The notes: generated by a model not told the origin, from the sequence alone. 64,000 nucleotides of DNA from Candidatus Aenigmatarchaeota archaeon (GCA_016198755.1 JACQIB010000001.1:1-64000), one strand, 5' to 3'; positions 10,471-19,874 are shown, counted from the first letter of the stretch. Program-made: numbers and translations.

Positions 10471-11025
10471 TTACCAGGGCACAGCCTTTTCTTTCAGTTT
10501 AAATCCAATAAGGTTCACAGCTCTGTGCAGTATTGGAGTAATAACAAGCATTACAATAACCATACCCCAGTTTATTTCTGTAAACAAAAAGGAAAACACA
10601 AGAGCCCCTAGAATAAAGTTTAACTGATCCAGGAAAGGTATATCAGCTCCTCTATCCATTCCCAACCTTCTTTTGATAAAGCTCCCGCACATATCCCCAA
10701 TCAAAGCCCCAAATGGAACAAGCAAAATTAAAGGAAGAGTATATTGTGGAAGAGAGCCTCCAAGGGATTTTGCATAACTATTCAGGCTGGGCCATAAGAC
10801 AAACTCCGCACTCCCAACCAAACCACCCATACCAACACCCAATCCAAGACCTTCCCAGGTCTTTCCATCACCAAAAATTCTTTTTCCATCCCAAAGAGTT
10901 TTTCCAGAATCTATTGGATGGGTTCCGTGTGCAAGCGGCGGGTACATATTGGCAGCATAAGCAGGAAAAAGAATCCAGAAAGCTTTAACAAATTCTATCC
11001 ATATAAAGAACAGAACTTCAAACAA
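10471..11025 (-). CDS. carS: CDP-archaeol synthase
   Basis: PAYAAN, FGDGKTWEG, GDMCGSFIKRRLG, DQL and VPW motifs. Confidence 0.92.
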   Translation of the reverse strand: MFEVLFFIWIEFVKAFWILFPAYAANMYPPLAHGTHPIDSGKTLWDGKRIFGDGKTWEGLGLGVGMGGLVGSAEFVLWPSLNSYAKSLGGSLPQYTLPLILLVPFGALIGDMCGSFIKRRLGMDRGADIPFLDQLNFILGALVFSFLFTEINWGMVIVMLVITPILHRAVNLIGFKLKEKAVPW

Positions 11026-11596
11026 GCTTTTTCACCCTGAAATTTGCAACCATTAAAGCAAGGGAAATTCCGCATGCTATTGCAAAAACATATTCTGGAA
11101 GGGAGAAAAAACTATAAACTGCAAAAACAGCAGGAAAAATAAGCCCGTTAAAAGTTATGGGCATTCCAATATACCCCTGCGTTGCTGTTATGTTATACCT
11201 AGCCAGCCTGAGCGCACCGCCCATTATAAGCAGAGCAGGTAAAACAAGCCCCAGCGGGTTCGTGCCAATTAGTTTCCAGCTCAGGAAAGCTGGCACAACA
11301 CCAAAGGAAAACAGGTCAGCAAGCGAATCTAAATTTTTCCCAAAATCACCCGAAGTCCCCCTTTTCCTAGAAATTCTCCCGTCATTCCAGTCTAAAAATG
11401 CTGCAATAAGCATCAGAACAACGGCTTCCCATAACCTATTATCGAAAATCAATGCAACAGATCCAAAGCTTACACCAATCTCAGCCAGAGTTATTATGTT
11501 GGCAATTGAAATAAAGTACCACATTGAAAACCTGTCATAATCTCTTACTCTTGCTCCGCGCAACTTTTTTATTTTTGAACGGAAATTATACTTCAT
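11018..11596 (-). CDS. pssA: Archaetidylserine (phosphatidylserine) synthase
   Basis: DWNDGRISR..FGKNLDSLADLFSFGVVPA, RLARYN and GMP motifs. Confidence 0.88.
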   Translation of the reverse strand: MKYNFRSKIKKLRGARVRDYDRFSMWYFISIANIITLAEIGVSFGSVALIFDNRLWEAVVLMLIAAFLDWNDGRISRKRGTSGDFGKNLDSLADLFSFGVVPAFLSWKLIGTNPLGLVLPALLIMGGALRLARYNITATQGYIGMPITFNGLIFPAVFAVYSFFSLPEYVFAIACGISLALMVANFRVKKLV

Positions 11597-12186
11597 TTAA
11601 ACTCCCCCAATACAGTTTCCCCATCCACAACATTCTCCCCCCTACTAACATTTATTTTAAACTGTTTTGATGGAAGGGCTAAAACAGTTGTGGAGCCCAA
11701 AATTATCTTACCTATTTTCTGCCCCTTTTCAATCTTAGTACCCTCTTTCACCGAGCAGACAACCCTCCTTGCCAGCGCTCCAGAAATCTGAACTATAGCT
11801 GCAACAGTTTTTCCGGTTTCCATTACAATAATGTTGCGCGCGTTCTTGAAAAGGCTTTTCTTTATGTAAACAGGCAATCTTTTACCTTCCTGATATTCAA
11901 CCCTTTTTATGGTTCCATTCAAAGGAGCCCGTGTAACATGTACATTTAGCGGGGAAAGCCTTATTACAATAAGCTTTGCTTTTTCCAATCCCTTCACTGA
12001 AAAATCAAAAAGCTTGGAGAAATTCCCTTCAAAAACTTCCACAACCTTTCCGTTTGCAGGTGATACAATACCTTTCTTTGGTACAGTCCTCTCCGGAGAG
12101 CGGTTGAAAAACATATAGAATTCCACACAAGCAACCAAAATTGCAAAAGCAGCAATCCATTCCCAAACCATACAAAACCCTTCCAT
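11593..12186 (-). CDS. psd: Archaetidylserine/phosphatidylserine decarboxylase proenzyme
   Basis: FFNRSPER, VSPANGKV, NVHVTRAP and LGST self-cleavage motif. Confidence 0.88.
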   Translation of the reverse strand: MEGFCMVWEWIAAFAILVACVEFYMFFNRSPERTVPKKGIVSPANGKVVEVFEGNFSKLFDFSVKGLEKAKLIVIRLSPLNVHVTRAPLNGTIKRVEYQEGKRLPVYIKKSLFKNARNIIVMETGKTVAAIVQISGALARRVVCSVKEGTKIEKGQKIGKIILGSTTVLALPSKQFKINVSRGENVVDGETVLGEFK

Positions 12187-12205
12187 TCATTGGTTAAAAA
12201 GGCAT

Positions 12206-12414
12206 TGGTGCCCCCGCTGGGATTTTCACCCTACCTGAGGGGGTAGGGCTGCATTCAACATTGTTTATGTTGTATGCACCGAAACTTTTGAAGTTTCGGT
12301 TGTAGGGGGAAACATCCCCCTGAGCTTTGAACCCAGGTCCTAAGGTCCGCAACCTCATGTCCTATCCATTCTAGCACACGAAGCTTGCTTCGCGCGAAGC
12401 TAGACTACAGGGGC
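12206..12414 (-). tRNA. tRNA-Arg(GCG) with two non-canonical BHB introns (12369-12397 in the D-loop; 12223-12325 in the T-loop); CCA encoded
   Basis: Spliced form GCCCCTG TA GTCTAGCTTGGATAGGAC A TGAGG TTGCGGA CCTTA GGAC CTGGG TTCAAAT CCCAG CGGGGGC ACCA folds as a cloverleaf. Confidence 0.88.
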
Positions 12415-12475
12415 TACAGAAGATTTAAATACCTTTAGCTTTTAAATAGAGCAGAAGTATGGAAGTTGTGAGAAA

Positions 12476-12637
12476 ATGGTATTGAAGTGCAGCACATGTG
12501 GGATTAATCTGGTTGGACAGGAAGAGTTTACAAAGTTTTTATGTCCATCCTGCGGGCAAAAAGAGTTTGTACGTTGCAGGCAGTGCAAAGTCCATTCCAC
12601 CAAGTATAAGTGCGAGTGCGGTTTTGAGGGGCCATAA
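12476..12637 (+). CDS. Small Zn-ribbon protein (DUF1610/HVO_2753-like), not in the ORF track
   Basis: MVLKCSTCGINL...FLCPSCG...RCRQCK...YKCECGFEGP, in the usual position upstream of EF-1beta. Confidence 0.88.
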   Translation: MVLKCSTCGINLVGQEEFTKFLCPSCGQKEFVRCRQCKVHSTKYKCECGFEGP

Positions 12638-12889
12638 ATGGGAACCGTTGCAATATCCATAAAAATTACACCAGAATCCCCAGAAGTGGATATAGAGAAT
12701 ATCAAAAAGAAGATACTTTCTGACATGGTTGTTAAAGACCTAAAAATAGAGCCAATAGCTTTTGGTCTGAAAGCAATCAAAATTTTGATAGTTAAAAATG
12801 ATACAGGCGGGACAGATGATGTTGAGGAAAAAATAAGGGGAATAGATGGGGTTGGAAGTGTGGAAGTGGAAAGCGTTACGTTACTTTAG
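12638..12889 (+). CDS. ef1b: Translation elongation factor 1-beta
   Basis: ITPESPEVD and EPIAFGLKAI motifs. Confidence 0.93.
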   Translation: MGTVAISIKITPESPEVDIENIKKKILSDMVVKDLKIEPIAFGLKAIKILIVKNDTGGTDDVEEKIRGIDGVGSVEVESVTLL

Positions 12890-12903
12890 AAAAGAAAAAG
12901 AGG

Positions 12904-13140
12904 TTGATAGAAATGGTAGAATTTGAAACAATGAGCTCAGCTGAAATAAAGTTCGGGAACAACAAGTTCCTGGAAGTTGCGAGGAAAAAGGCAAAGGGAG
13001 AAAGCGGTGAGACGGAAATTATTTCCATCTCAAAAGGCTTCATAGGATATGATGGGCAGAAAAGGTTCAAGAAATCCCTTGGTTTCCCTGCAGACAAGAA
13101 TATTATAGAAGAGCTGGCTGAAAAGATTAAAACAATCTAG
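12904..13140 (+). CDS. Small hypothetical protein
   Basis: Co-oriented with ef1b; RBS GAGGT; start probably ATG at 12913. Confidence 0.65.
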   Translation: MIEMVEFETMSSAEIKFGNNKFLEVARKKAKGESGETEIISISKGFIGYDGQKRFKKSLGFPADKNIIEELAEKIKTI

Positions 13141-13265
13141 ATTTGTTTTGTTCCACTACAAACTTTACATCCGTAGGGTAGGGAACAGGTTTTACATATA
13201 GTAGCTCCGCAAACCTTACAGGTTGCTGCAGCCAAGCCCCCGCATCCAGTACATATACCAACCAT
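13137..13265 (-). CDS. 42-aa protein with four CxxC motifs (Zn finger), not in the ORF track
   Basis: MVGICTGCGGLAAATCKVCGATICKTCSLPYGCKVCSGTKQI. Confidence 0.75.
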   Translation of the reverse strand: MVGICTGCGGLAAATCKVCGATICKTCSLPYGCKVCSGTKQI

Positions 13266-13306
13266 AAAGAGTTTTAACCTAGCTAGCTTAAAGCTATTGT
13301 GGTTTA

Positions 13307-14158
13307 ATGGTACTCGAGTTTATAGTTGAGAAGGAGCTGAAGAAGCCTGTAAACCTTTTATTAACAGGCATACTGATCTCCTGCATTGCAATAGTTGTTT
13401 CCCTTTCCTTATTCGTAAGAACCCCCTCCCTTGTTCTTGTTGCTTTCATGACTTTGCCTGCAATCTATATTTTTACAAAGTTATTTGAAAAAGAAAGCAC
13501 TGCAGAGCTAAAAGCAAAAACAACTCTGGAGCTGATAAAAAAGAACAAGGATGTAATAGAGATGTATACTATACTTTTCATTGGAATGAGTATCGGAATA
13601 TCTCTCTGGTATGCATTCATGCCAAGGGAAACACTTTCAGTTTTGTTCTCCGAGCAGCTATACAATTTAAACCAGCTTGGTGTTTCTACAGGCTTCTATA
13701 CTTCCAGCTCTATCTTTAACGTTATTGTAGAAAACAATGCAAAACTCGTACTTTTGTCTGCAGCTCTTAGTTTTATTTTCGGTGCAGGCGCCCTCTATAT
13801 TTTATCATGGAACGCTTCTGTTGTTGGCTCTGCAGTTGGAACGCTTATCTATGGTATACGTACAGCAGAGTCAAACTCTGCAATAGGACTCTTGAAAGGG
13901 CTGGGAATGGGAGCAGCTTTTTATATACTGCATTTAGTTCCTGAAGTTATAGCCTATTTTAATGCTGCTATTGCCGGTGCAATAATATCAGTTGCAATAA
14001 TGCGTTACCAACCGCTCACAAAGCACAGCAACAAGCTGATATTTGCAGGCCTTTTCCTGATAGCACTCTCACTGATTTTGATTGTTTTCGCAGCAATGAT
14101 TGAAGTTGGTATAAGTCACCAGATACAATCGATCTTAAATCCTGCGCGCGGTTTCTAG
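13307..14158 (+). CDS. SpoIIM/DUF95-like membrane protein
   Basis: Multi-TM; ENNAKL, WNASVVG, HLVPEV and AAMIE motifs. Confidence 0.8.
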   Translation: MVLEFIVEKELKKPVNLLLTGILISCIAIVVSLSLFVRTPSLVLVAFMTLPAIYIFTKLFEKESTAELKAKTTLELIKKNKDVIEMYTILFIGMSIGISLWYAFMPRETLSVLFSEQLYNLNQLGVSTGFYTSSSIFNVIVENNAKLVLLSAALSFIFGAGALYILSWNASVVGSAVGTLIYGIRTAESNSAIGLLKGLGMGAAFYILHLVPEVIAYFNAAIAGAIISVAIMRYQPLTKHSNKLIFAGLFLIALSLILIVFAAMIEVGISHQIQSILNPARGF

Positions 14159-14646
14159 GGCAGTTTTAGTTTTGCAAGCATTTCTACATAAGTGTTTAAT
14201 CTCTTTACCTGAGCTTCAATAATGTTCAGGGTTCTGAGAACATCCTTGTTTTCCTCTCCCTGCAGTTCTTTCCTGTATTTTGCAAACCTCTCCAAACTAT
14301 CCCCAACAGATTTTTGTATCTTTATAACAAAAGCCCTCTTTAACCCATCCAGCAAGTCCCCCTGCAGTTCAATATACAGGTTCCTGTCTCCAACCTTCTT
14401 TATTTTCTTAATCATACCTAAAAACTCCAGCAAATCCAAGCTAAGGGAGATTGCTGCAGAAGAAACACCAACTTCTTTTGCCAGCTCTTTCATGCTCAGT
14501 GTTTTTCCTGCAACCAAGAGCGCAGCCAGTATCCTCCCATTAATATCAGAATAACCAATAGAGGAGGCTATATCAGCAAAAGCCATGTAAATTTCCTTTT
14601 CAATTTCACGTTTTGTCGTTCCCATGTTCTGCACCTGTCTATTCAC
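14155..14646 (-). CDS. GbsR/MarR-type winged-helix transcriptional regulator
   Basis: GRILAALL...LSMKELAKEVGVSSAAISLSL...GDRNLY. Confidence 0.8.
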   Translation of the reverse strand: MNRQVQNMGTTKREIEKEIYMAFADIASSIGYSDINGRILAALLVAGKTLSMKELAKEVGVSSAAISLSLDLLEFLGMIKKIKKVGDRNLYIELQGDLLDGLKRAFVIKIQKSVGDSLERFAKYRKELQGEENKDVLRTLNIIEAQVKRLNTYVEMLAKLKLP

Positions 14647-14708
14647 TACAGAGTAATAGCTTAGTTTTATATACCACCGCCCCTATAAATCCTTTAAACA
14701 TTAACAAG

Positions 14709-14726
14709 ATTTAAAACGTTTTAAAT
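14709..14726. promoter_or_regulatory. Perfect 18-bp palindrome, putative operator upstream of tes
   Basis: ATTTAAAACGTTTTAAAT lies between a TATA-like element (~14684) and the ATG at 14740. Confidence 0.6.
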
Positions 14727-14739
14727 GTTGTGATAACAC

Positions 14740-16455
14740 ATGGCAGAACTGGCAACAGAGTTTATACCAAAAACAACATTGGAAATGAAAGAGGGAGAAA
14801 CCCTATACTATAAGTCAGCTTCTCTCTGTCCGGAGTGCTTAAAATTAATACCAATGAATGTTTTTGAGAAAGATGGAAAAGTTTTGCTCAGGAAAGCCTG
14901 CAAGGAACATGGAACAATAGAAGATGTTTATTGGGGGAATTCAGAGCTGTTCAAGAAGGCTAAAACATTCGAAGTTAAAGGGAGGGGATTGGAAAATCCA
15001 TTCATAACAAAGGACAATCCTATATGTCCTCAGGATTGTGGTCTTTGTTCAATACACGAGACTCACTCAGGCTTAACAAATTTGGTTATAACAAACCGCT
15101 GTGACTTAACCTGCTGGTACTGTTTCTTTTATGCTGAGAAAGCTGGCTATATTTATGAACCAACTTTAGATCAAATACGCGGAATGGTCGCACAGATAAA
15201 GGATGAAAAGCCAATTGCAGGAAATGCAATCCAGATTACAGGAGGAAACCCTGAACTAAGAGATGATTTGCCTGAAATAATAAAAATAATAAAGGAAGTC
15301 GGAATAGATCATGTTCAATTGAATACAAATGGCACAAACAAACTTTTCAAAGACCTGAACTTTGCAAAATCCATACGCGCCGCAGGAGTAAACACGGTTT
15401 ACCTGAGCTATGATGGTGTAACTCCGCAAACAAACCCAAAGAACCATTGGGAAGCACCTGCAATTTTAGATAACTGCAGGAAATCAAACCTTGGGGTTGT
15501 TCTTGTCCCAACTGTCATAAGGACAATAAACGACCATGAGATAGGAGATATACTGAAATTCGGATTTGATAATAATGATATTATAAAAGGAGTTAATTAC
15601 CAGCCAGTTTCTTTGGTTGGAAGAATGCCCACAAAAGAAAGGGAACGATTCAGAATAACAATACCAGATGTAATTGAAAAGCTTGAGGAAGCTACTAACG
15701 GTCAGGTTGGAAGGGAAGCTTTCTATCCAGTTCCATGTACAGTTATACTTTCAAACTTTGTAGAGGCTTTAACAGGCGGACCCAAATATGAGCTTTCAAT
15801 TAATCCAGCCTGCGGAATGGCAACCTATATTTTCAAGGATGGGGAAAAGCTTATACCAATAACAGACTTTGTGGATGTGGACGGTTTGTATGGATATCTA
15901 CGAGAGCAAACAGAAGCTCTGCAGAGCGGCGCAAACAAGTATGTTGTTATTGCGAAAATGATGACTAAACTCCCTTCATTCATAGACAATGATCGCCAGC
16001 CAAAGTGGCTTAACCTAGGAAAAGTCCTGTTCAATATTTTAGTAAAACATAACTATGAGGCTCTGGGTGCTTTCCACAAGAATGCTTTGTTCGTTGGAAT
16101 GATGCACTTCCAGGACCTATATAATTGGGATATACAGAGGATAAAGAAGTGCGACATCCATTACGCTACACCTGAAGGAGTTATCCCATTTTGTACATTC
16201 AATGTTATACCAGAATGGTACAGGGACAAGATACAGAAGAAACATTCTATCTCTTTACAGGAGTGGGAACAGAGGACAGGTCAGAGTTTGAAGGGAGGAT
16301 ACTACAAGAGGAACATTAAAGCTCTTATGGCAGATCCGCTCTATGCTAAAACTTATCCAAAAATTGCAGCCAAGCTTGCTGCACGCGCTGCTGCTCTTCC
16401 AGTTGCCCAGCCAGCCCAGTCTTCTTGCGCCACAGGCCCAGGCTGCGGTTGCTGA
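14740..16455 (+). CDS. tes: Tetraether lipid synthase (GDGT-macrocyclic archaeol synthase, MJ0619-like radical SAM)
   Basis: N-terminal CPEC..CKEHG, CPQDCGLCSIH, TNRCDLTCWYCFF, MMHFQDLYN and IPFC motifs. Confidence 0.88.
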   Translation: MAELATEFIPKTTLEMKEGETLYYKSASLCPECLKLIPMNVFEKDGKVLLRKACKEHGTIEDVYWGNSELFKKAKTFEVKGRGLENPFITKDNPICPQDCGLCSIHETHSGLTNLVITNRCDLTCWYCFFYAEKAGYIYEPTLDQIRGMVAQIKDEKPIAGNAIQITGGNPELRDDLPEIIKIIKEVGIDHVQLNTNGTNKLFKDLNFAKSIRAAGVNTVYLSYDGVTPQTNPKNHWEAPAILDNCRKSNLGVVLVPTVIRTINDHEIGDILKFGFDNNDIIKGVNYQPVSLVGRMPTKERERFRITIPDVIEKLEEATNGQVGREAFYPVPCTVILSNFVEALTGGPKYELSINPACGMATYIFKDGEKLIPITDFVDVDGLYGYLREQTEALQSGANKYVVIAKMMTKLPSFIDNDRQPKWLNLGKVLFNILVKHNYEALGAFHKNALFVGMMHFQDLYNWDIQRIKKCDIHYATPEGVIPFCTFNVIPEWYRDKIQKKHSISLQEWEQRTGQSLKGGYYKRNIKALMADPLYAKTYPKIAAKLAARAAALPVAQPAQSSCATGPGCGC

Positions 16456-16562
16456 AACGAGTTTCTAAGAAATAAGCCTATATTTAGCAACGTCTATTGA
16501 ATAGGCTAAAAAGCATATATTTATATACTTTGATATATACTAATATATAAAGAGGCACGAAT

Positions 16563-16826
16563 ATGGCAGTGGCACAAATATTACACTATCCAAACCTAAA
16601 AACAGTGTTAATGGTAGAGGAAGTGCTAAAAAGGGCAGATACAGCACTAACAAAACAAGAGATAAAGGAAAGGCTTCCAAAAGCAGTCATGCACCAAACT
16701 TTGAATGTAACATTGGAATACTTGGAAGAAAAGGGGATGGTAGCCTTTACAAGCAAGGGAATAGTTTGGATATACAACCCCAGCTCTAAAATGAAAACCG
16801 CTTTAGAAAACGCAGTAGAAGTCTGA
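16563..16826 (+). CDS. Small winged-helix protein, putative antitoxin
   Basis: HYPNLKTVLMVE motif; directly upstream of a RelE-like gene. Confidence 0.6.
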   Translation: MAVAQILHYPNLKTVLMVEEVLKRADTALTKQEIKERLPKAVMHQTLNVTLEYLEEKGMVAFTSKGIVWIYNPSSKMKTALENAVEV

Positions 16827-16836
16827 GGGGATTATT

Positions 16837-17214
16837 ATGTTTTCCTCAAAGTCAATAAGGACAAAGCTCTCTGAAGAGGCGGATGAGCAATTCAAAGAGT
16901 TAAACAAAATTGTTGGGGAAGAAGTTGCAACTGGCATATCAAGCTCAGAAAATCAAACCCTCCTGCGCTCCGTTAAACGAGCAATTGATATTATAAAGCA
17001 AAATCCATTTGCTGGTACACAAATAAGGAAGGAGCAGATACCTACAAAATACTTGCTGAAATATGATGCAAATAATCTATGGAAGCTTGACCTCTCTAAC
17101 TATTGGAGAATGCTTTACACAGTCATAGGAAGTGAAATAGAGATAATATCATTTATTCTGGACATAGTAGACCATAGGACATATGATAAAGTTTTCGGCT
17201 ATAGAAAAAGGTAA
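16837..17214 (+). CDS. RelE/ParE-like toxin
   Basis: NPFAG, LWKLDLSNYWRMLYTV and DHRTYDKVFGY motifs. Confidence 0.65.
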   Translation: MFSSKSIRTKLSEEADEQFKELNKIVGEEVATGISSSENQTLLRSVKRAIDIIKQNPFAGTQIRKEQIPTKYLLKYDANNLWKLDLSNYWRMLYTVIGSEIEIISFILDIVDHRTYDKVFGYRKR

Positions 17215-17244
17215 TTTAAAAGCCAACACCCCAAATAATAGCTT

Positions 17245-17559
17245 ATGCCAGATTACTGCCAGCTCTTTATCAGCGCTACAACAAAGAAAGAAGCCGAGGC
17301 AATAGGTAGGCAACTTTTAAAGAGAAAATTGATAGCAGGATATCTTCTCCTGAAAGGCCCTTCAATGTTCTGGTGGAAAGGGAAAATTACAAGGACGATT
17401 TACTACAACCTAATGGCCTTTTCTCTCATGAAAAACAAGCCTAAAATTATTTCTGCTGTCAGAAAAGTTACAAACGAGAGCGTTCCAATTATTTCCTTCT
17501 CAAAAATAGATGGGAATAAAGAATTCCTTTCTTGGATAAATAATAGCTGCAAGGCTTAG
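17245..17559 (+). CDS. cutA: CutA divalent-cation tolerance protein (divergent)
   Basis: EAEAIGRQLL..KLIAG, SMFWWKGKI, EFLSWI. Confidence 0.75.
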   Translation: MPDYCQLFISATTKKEAEAIGRQLLKRKLIAGYLLLKGPSMFWWKGKITRTIYYNLMAFSLMKNKPKIISAVRKVTNESVPIISFSKIDGNKEFLSWINNSCKA

Positions 17560-17633
17560 AGCCCTTCTAAGAAATCTCACGTTTTTAGATGGTGTATTTA
17601 AACTTCAAAAAGCAATTATTAAATTAGGTTATT

Positions 17634-17849
17634 ATGGAGGCAATAGTTCAAATAAAACGAGATGGTAAGTGGTTTGTTGCAACAGATTTGGTTACATATG
17701 TTGCAGACCAGGGTCTAACAAGGGAAGAAGCTATTCAGAATCTCCAAACTGGTCTGCGTGAACACTACAAAACTCTTTTTCACATAGCCCAGAAGAAACA
17801 ATCTCATGTAATAATAAAAGACCTTAAAATACCTCAATTTGCAAAGTAA
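17634..17849 (+). CDS. hicB: HicB-like antitoxin
   Basis: VADQGLTREEAIQNL motif. Confidence 0.8.
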   Translation: MEAIVQIKRDGKWFVATDLVTYVADQGLTREEAIQNLQTGLREHYKTLFHIAQKKQSHVIIKDLKIPQFAK

Positions 17850-17864
17850 AATGAGCGTGCTAAA

Positions 17865-18083
17865 ATGAGGCTTCCTGTGATTTCTGGAAAAGAAATGGGA
17901 AAAATATTAGAGAAGCATGGTTTTGTTTTTGTACGGCAGAGTGGGAGCCATCTGCACTATTGGAGTGAAGAAAAGCTAAGACTTGTAACAGTTCCAAATC
18001 ACCCAGAGCTGGCCTTAGGCACACTCCTTTCAATATTAAAACAGGCAAGCTTAGATAGAGGTATATTTGAAAGGAGGAGATAA
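17865..18083 (+). CDS. hicA: HicA mRNA interferase toxin
   Basis: GFVFVRQSGSH..VTVPNH..LALGTLLSILKQA. Confidence 0.9.
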   Translation: MRLPVISGKEMGKILEKHGFVFVRQSGSHLHYWSEEKLRLVTVPNHPELALGTLLSILKQASLDRGIFERRR

Positions 18084-18084
18084 A

Positions 18085-19101
18085 ATGGGAGTGCAGATAG
18101 CTGAGATACTTCCGAAGAAACAGACCTCAATAGAAGAACTAAGGGGTAAAACTTTTGCTGTGGATTCTCTGTTATGGATACATCAGTTCCTTTCAATAAT
18201 CCGCGGACCAGACGGAACTCCTTTAAAAGATTCAAAAGGCAGAATAACTTCCCACTTGTCTGGTATACTTTACAGGAATGCAAAGCTATTGGAAGCTGGG
18301 CTAAAATTGATTTGGGTTTTTGATGGAAAGCCACCGGAATTCAAGTCCAGAACCACAGCAGCTCGTGCTGAGATAAAAGCTGTAGCACATAAAGAGTGGA
18401 AAGAGGCTTTGGAAAGGGGTGATAAAGAAAAAGCAAGATCAGCAGCAATGAGAACTTCTTCTGTAAACGAAGAAATTTTATCCTCTGCAAAGGATCTTAT
18501 TTTGGCAATGGGCATTCCGGTTTTGCAGGCTCCATCAGAAGGTGAAGCTCAATGTTCTGCCCTCTGCTCTTCAGGTTTGGTCTGGAGTGTTGCAAGCCAA
18601 GATTCTGACTCTCTTTTATTTGGAACCCCGCGTTTAGTTAGAAATCTTTCCGTTTCCGGAAAAAGGAAACTTCCGGGAAAACAGGTTTTCGTGGATGTTA
18701 ATCCAGAATTAATAGAGCTGAAAGAGACACTATCGATTTTGGGCCTCACACGAAGCCAGCTGATAACTATGGGACTTCTGGTTGGAACAGATTATAACCC
18801 CGGAGTAATGGGCATTGGACCAAAGAAAGCGCTAAAGCTTGTGAGAGAGGAAAAAACCCTTGAAAATGTTCTGAAAAAAGTGAAGTGGGACGGCTCACCT
18901 GCTGAAGAGCTTTTAAGTTTCTTCCTTAATCCACCAGCTCTTGAAAATCCTAAAATAGAAACTCCAAAACTAAACCCGGAAAGGATAATAAAAATAATGG
19001 TGGATGAGCATGAGTTCTCAGAGGAAAGGATAGAAAAAGTAGTTAAGACTTTAGAAGAACTTAGCAAGCCAAAAGGGTTGAACGCCTTCAGAAAACCCTA
19101 A
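18085..19101 (+). CDS. fen: Flap endonuclease 1
   Basis: MGVQI, QFLSIIRGPDG, FDGKPP, APSEGEAQ, SQDSD and GTDYNPG motifs. Confidence 0.96.
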   Translation: MGVQIAEILPKKQTSIEELRGKTFAVDSLLWIHQFLSIIRGPDGTPLKDSKGRITSHLSGILYRNAKLLEAGLKLIWVFDGKPPEFKSRTTAARAEIKAVAHKEWKEALERGDKEKARSAAMRTSSVNEEILSSAKDLILAMGIPVLQAPSEGEAQCSALCSSGLVWSVASQDSDSLLFGTPRLVRNLSVSGKRKLPGKQVFVDVNPELIELKETLSILGLTRSQLITMGLLVGTDYNPGVMGIGPKKALKLVREEKTLENVLKKVKWDGSPAEELLSFFLNPPALENPKIETPKLNPERIIKIMVDEHEFSEERIEKVVKTLEELSKPKGLNAFRKP

Positions 19102-19445
19102 CCAACCCTTTCCCCTATCTTTGCTTCCTTCTCGGGCTTTAGCAAAACAACTCCTTTATCAGAATAAATGCCCATTACAAGAACTTCTGAGGAAAAGCCT
19201 GCAATCTCTTTTGCTGGAAAATTAACAACAGCCAAAATTTGTTTTCCAACCAGCTCTTCAGGCTTGTAAAGTTTTGTTATCTGAGCAGAGCTCTGCTTTA
19301 TTCCTAACAACCCAAAATCAATCTTCAGTTTGTATGCAGATTTTGTAGATTTCTCATGCTTCTCAGCACTCACTATTTTGCCAACGCGTATGTCTATCTT
19401 CTGAAAATCCTCTATTGTTACTGATACCATAAACCAACATCTCAC
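19098..19445 (-). CDS. csaA: CsaA/Trbp111 tRNA-binding protein
   Basis: DFQKIDIRVG, SSAQIT, VVNFP..IAGFSSEVLV; start probably 19430. Confidence 0.85.
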   Translation of the reverse strand: MRCWFMVSVTIEDFQKIDIRVGKIVSAEKHEKSTKSAYKLKIDFGLLGIKQSSAQITKLYKPEELVGKQILAVVNFPAKEIAGFSSEVLVMGIYSDKGVVLLKPEKEAKIGERVG

Positions 19446-19472
19446 ATTTGAATGTTCATAAAGCTTCTTAAT

Positions 19473-19871
19473 CTAAATAAGTTTAAATAACTCTTCTGGT
19501 GTCAATATTTTTATTCCGTTATACTCTCCTATCTTAAGCAAGTGCTTATCATATGTTATTATATATTTGCTCGAAGATGCTATAGCACACTCTATTATTT
19601 TATTATCGTCCGGATCATCTCTTACAATCTTCACCTCTATAACAGGTCTGACAAGTTTCAAGAAAGATAACACCCTTTGCAATATATATAATATCTCTTC
19701 GTCCGAATATTCGAAGTCCCTTTTTAAGACATTTTTATACTCTGATATAATTTCAGAAGAGGAGAAAATATTGACATCATTGTGTATTAGTTTGAATAGA
19801 AGTTTTTGTGCGCTGCTACCTTCCCAGAGGGTAGCAGAAAGTATCACATTAGTGTCGAGGACGACATCCAT
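19473..19871 (-). CDS. PIN-domain (VapC-like) toxin
   Basis: VVLDTNV, DPDDNKIIECA and ITYDKHLL motifs. Confidence 0.9.
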   Translation of the reverse strand: MDVVLDTNVILSATLWEGSSAQKLLFKLIHNDVNIFSSSEIISEYKNVLKRDFEYSDEEILYILQRVLSFLKLVRPVIEVKIVRDDPDDNKIIECAIASSSKYIITYDKHLLKIGEYNGIKILTPEELFKLI

Positions 19872-19874
19872 AAG

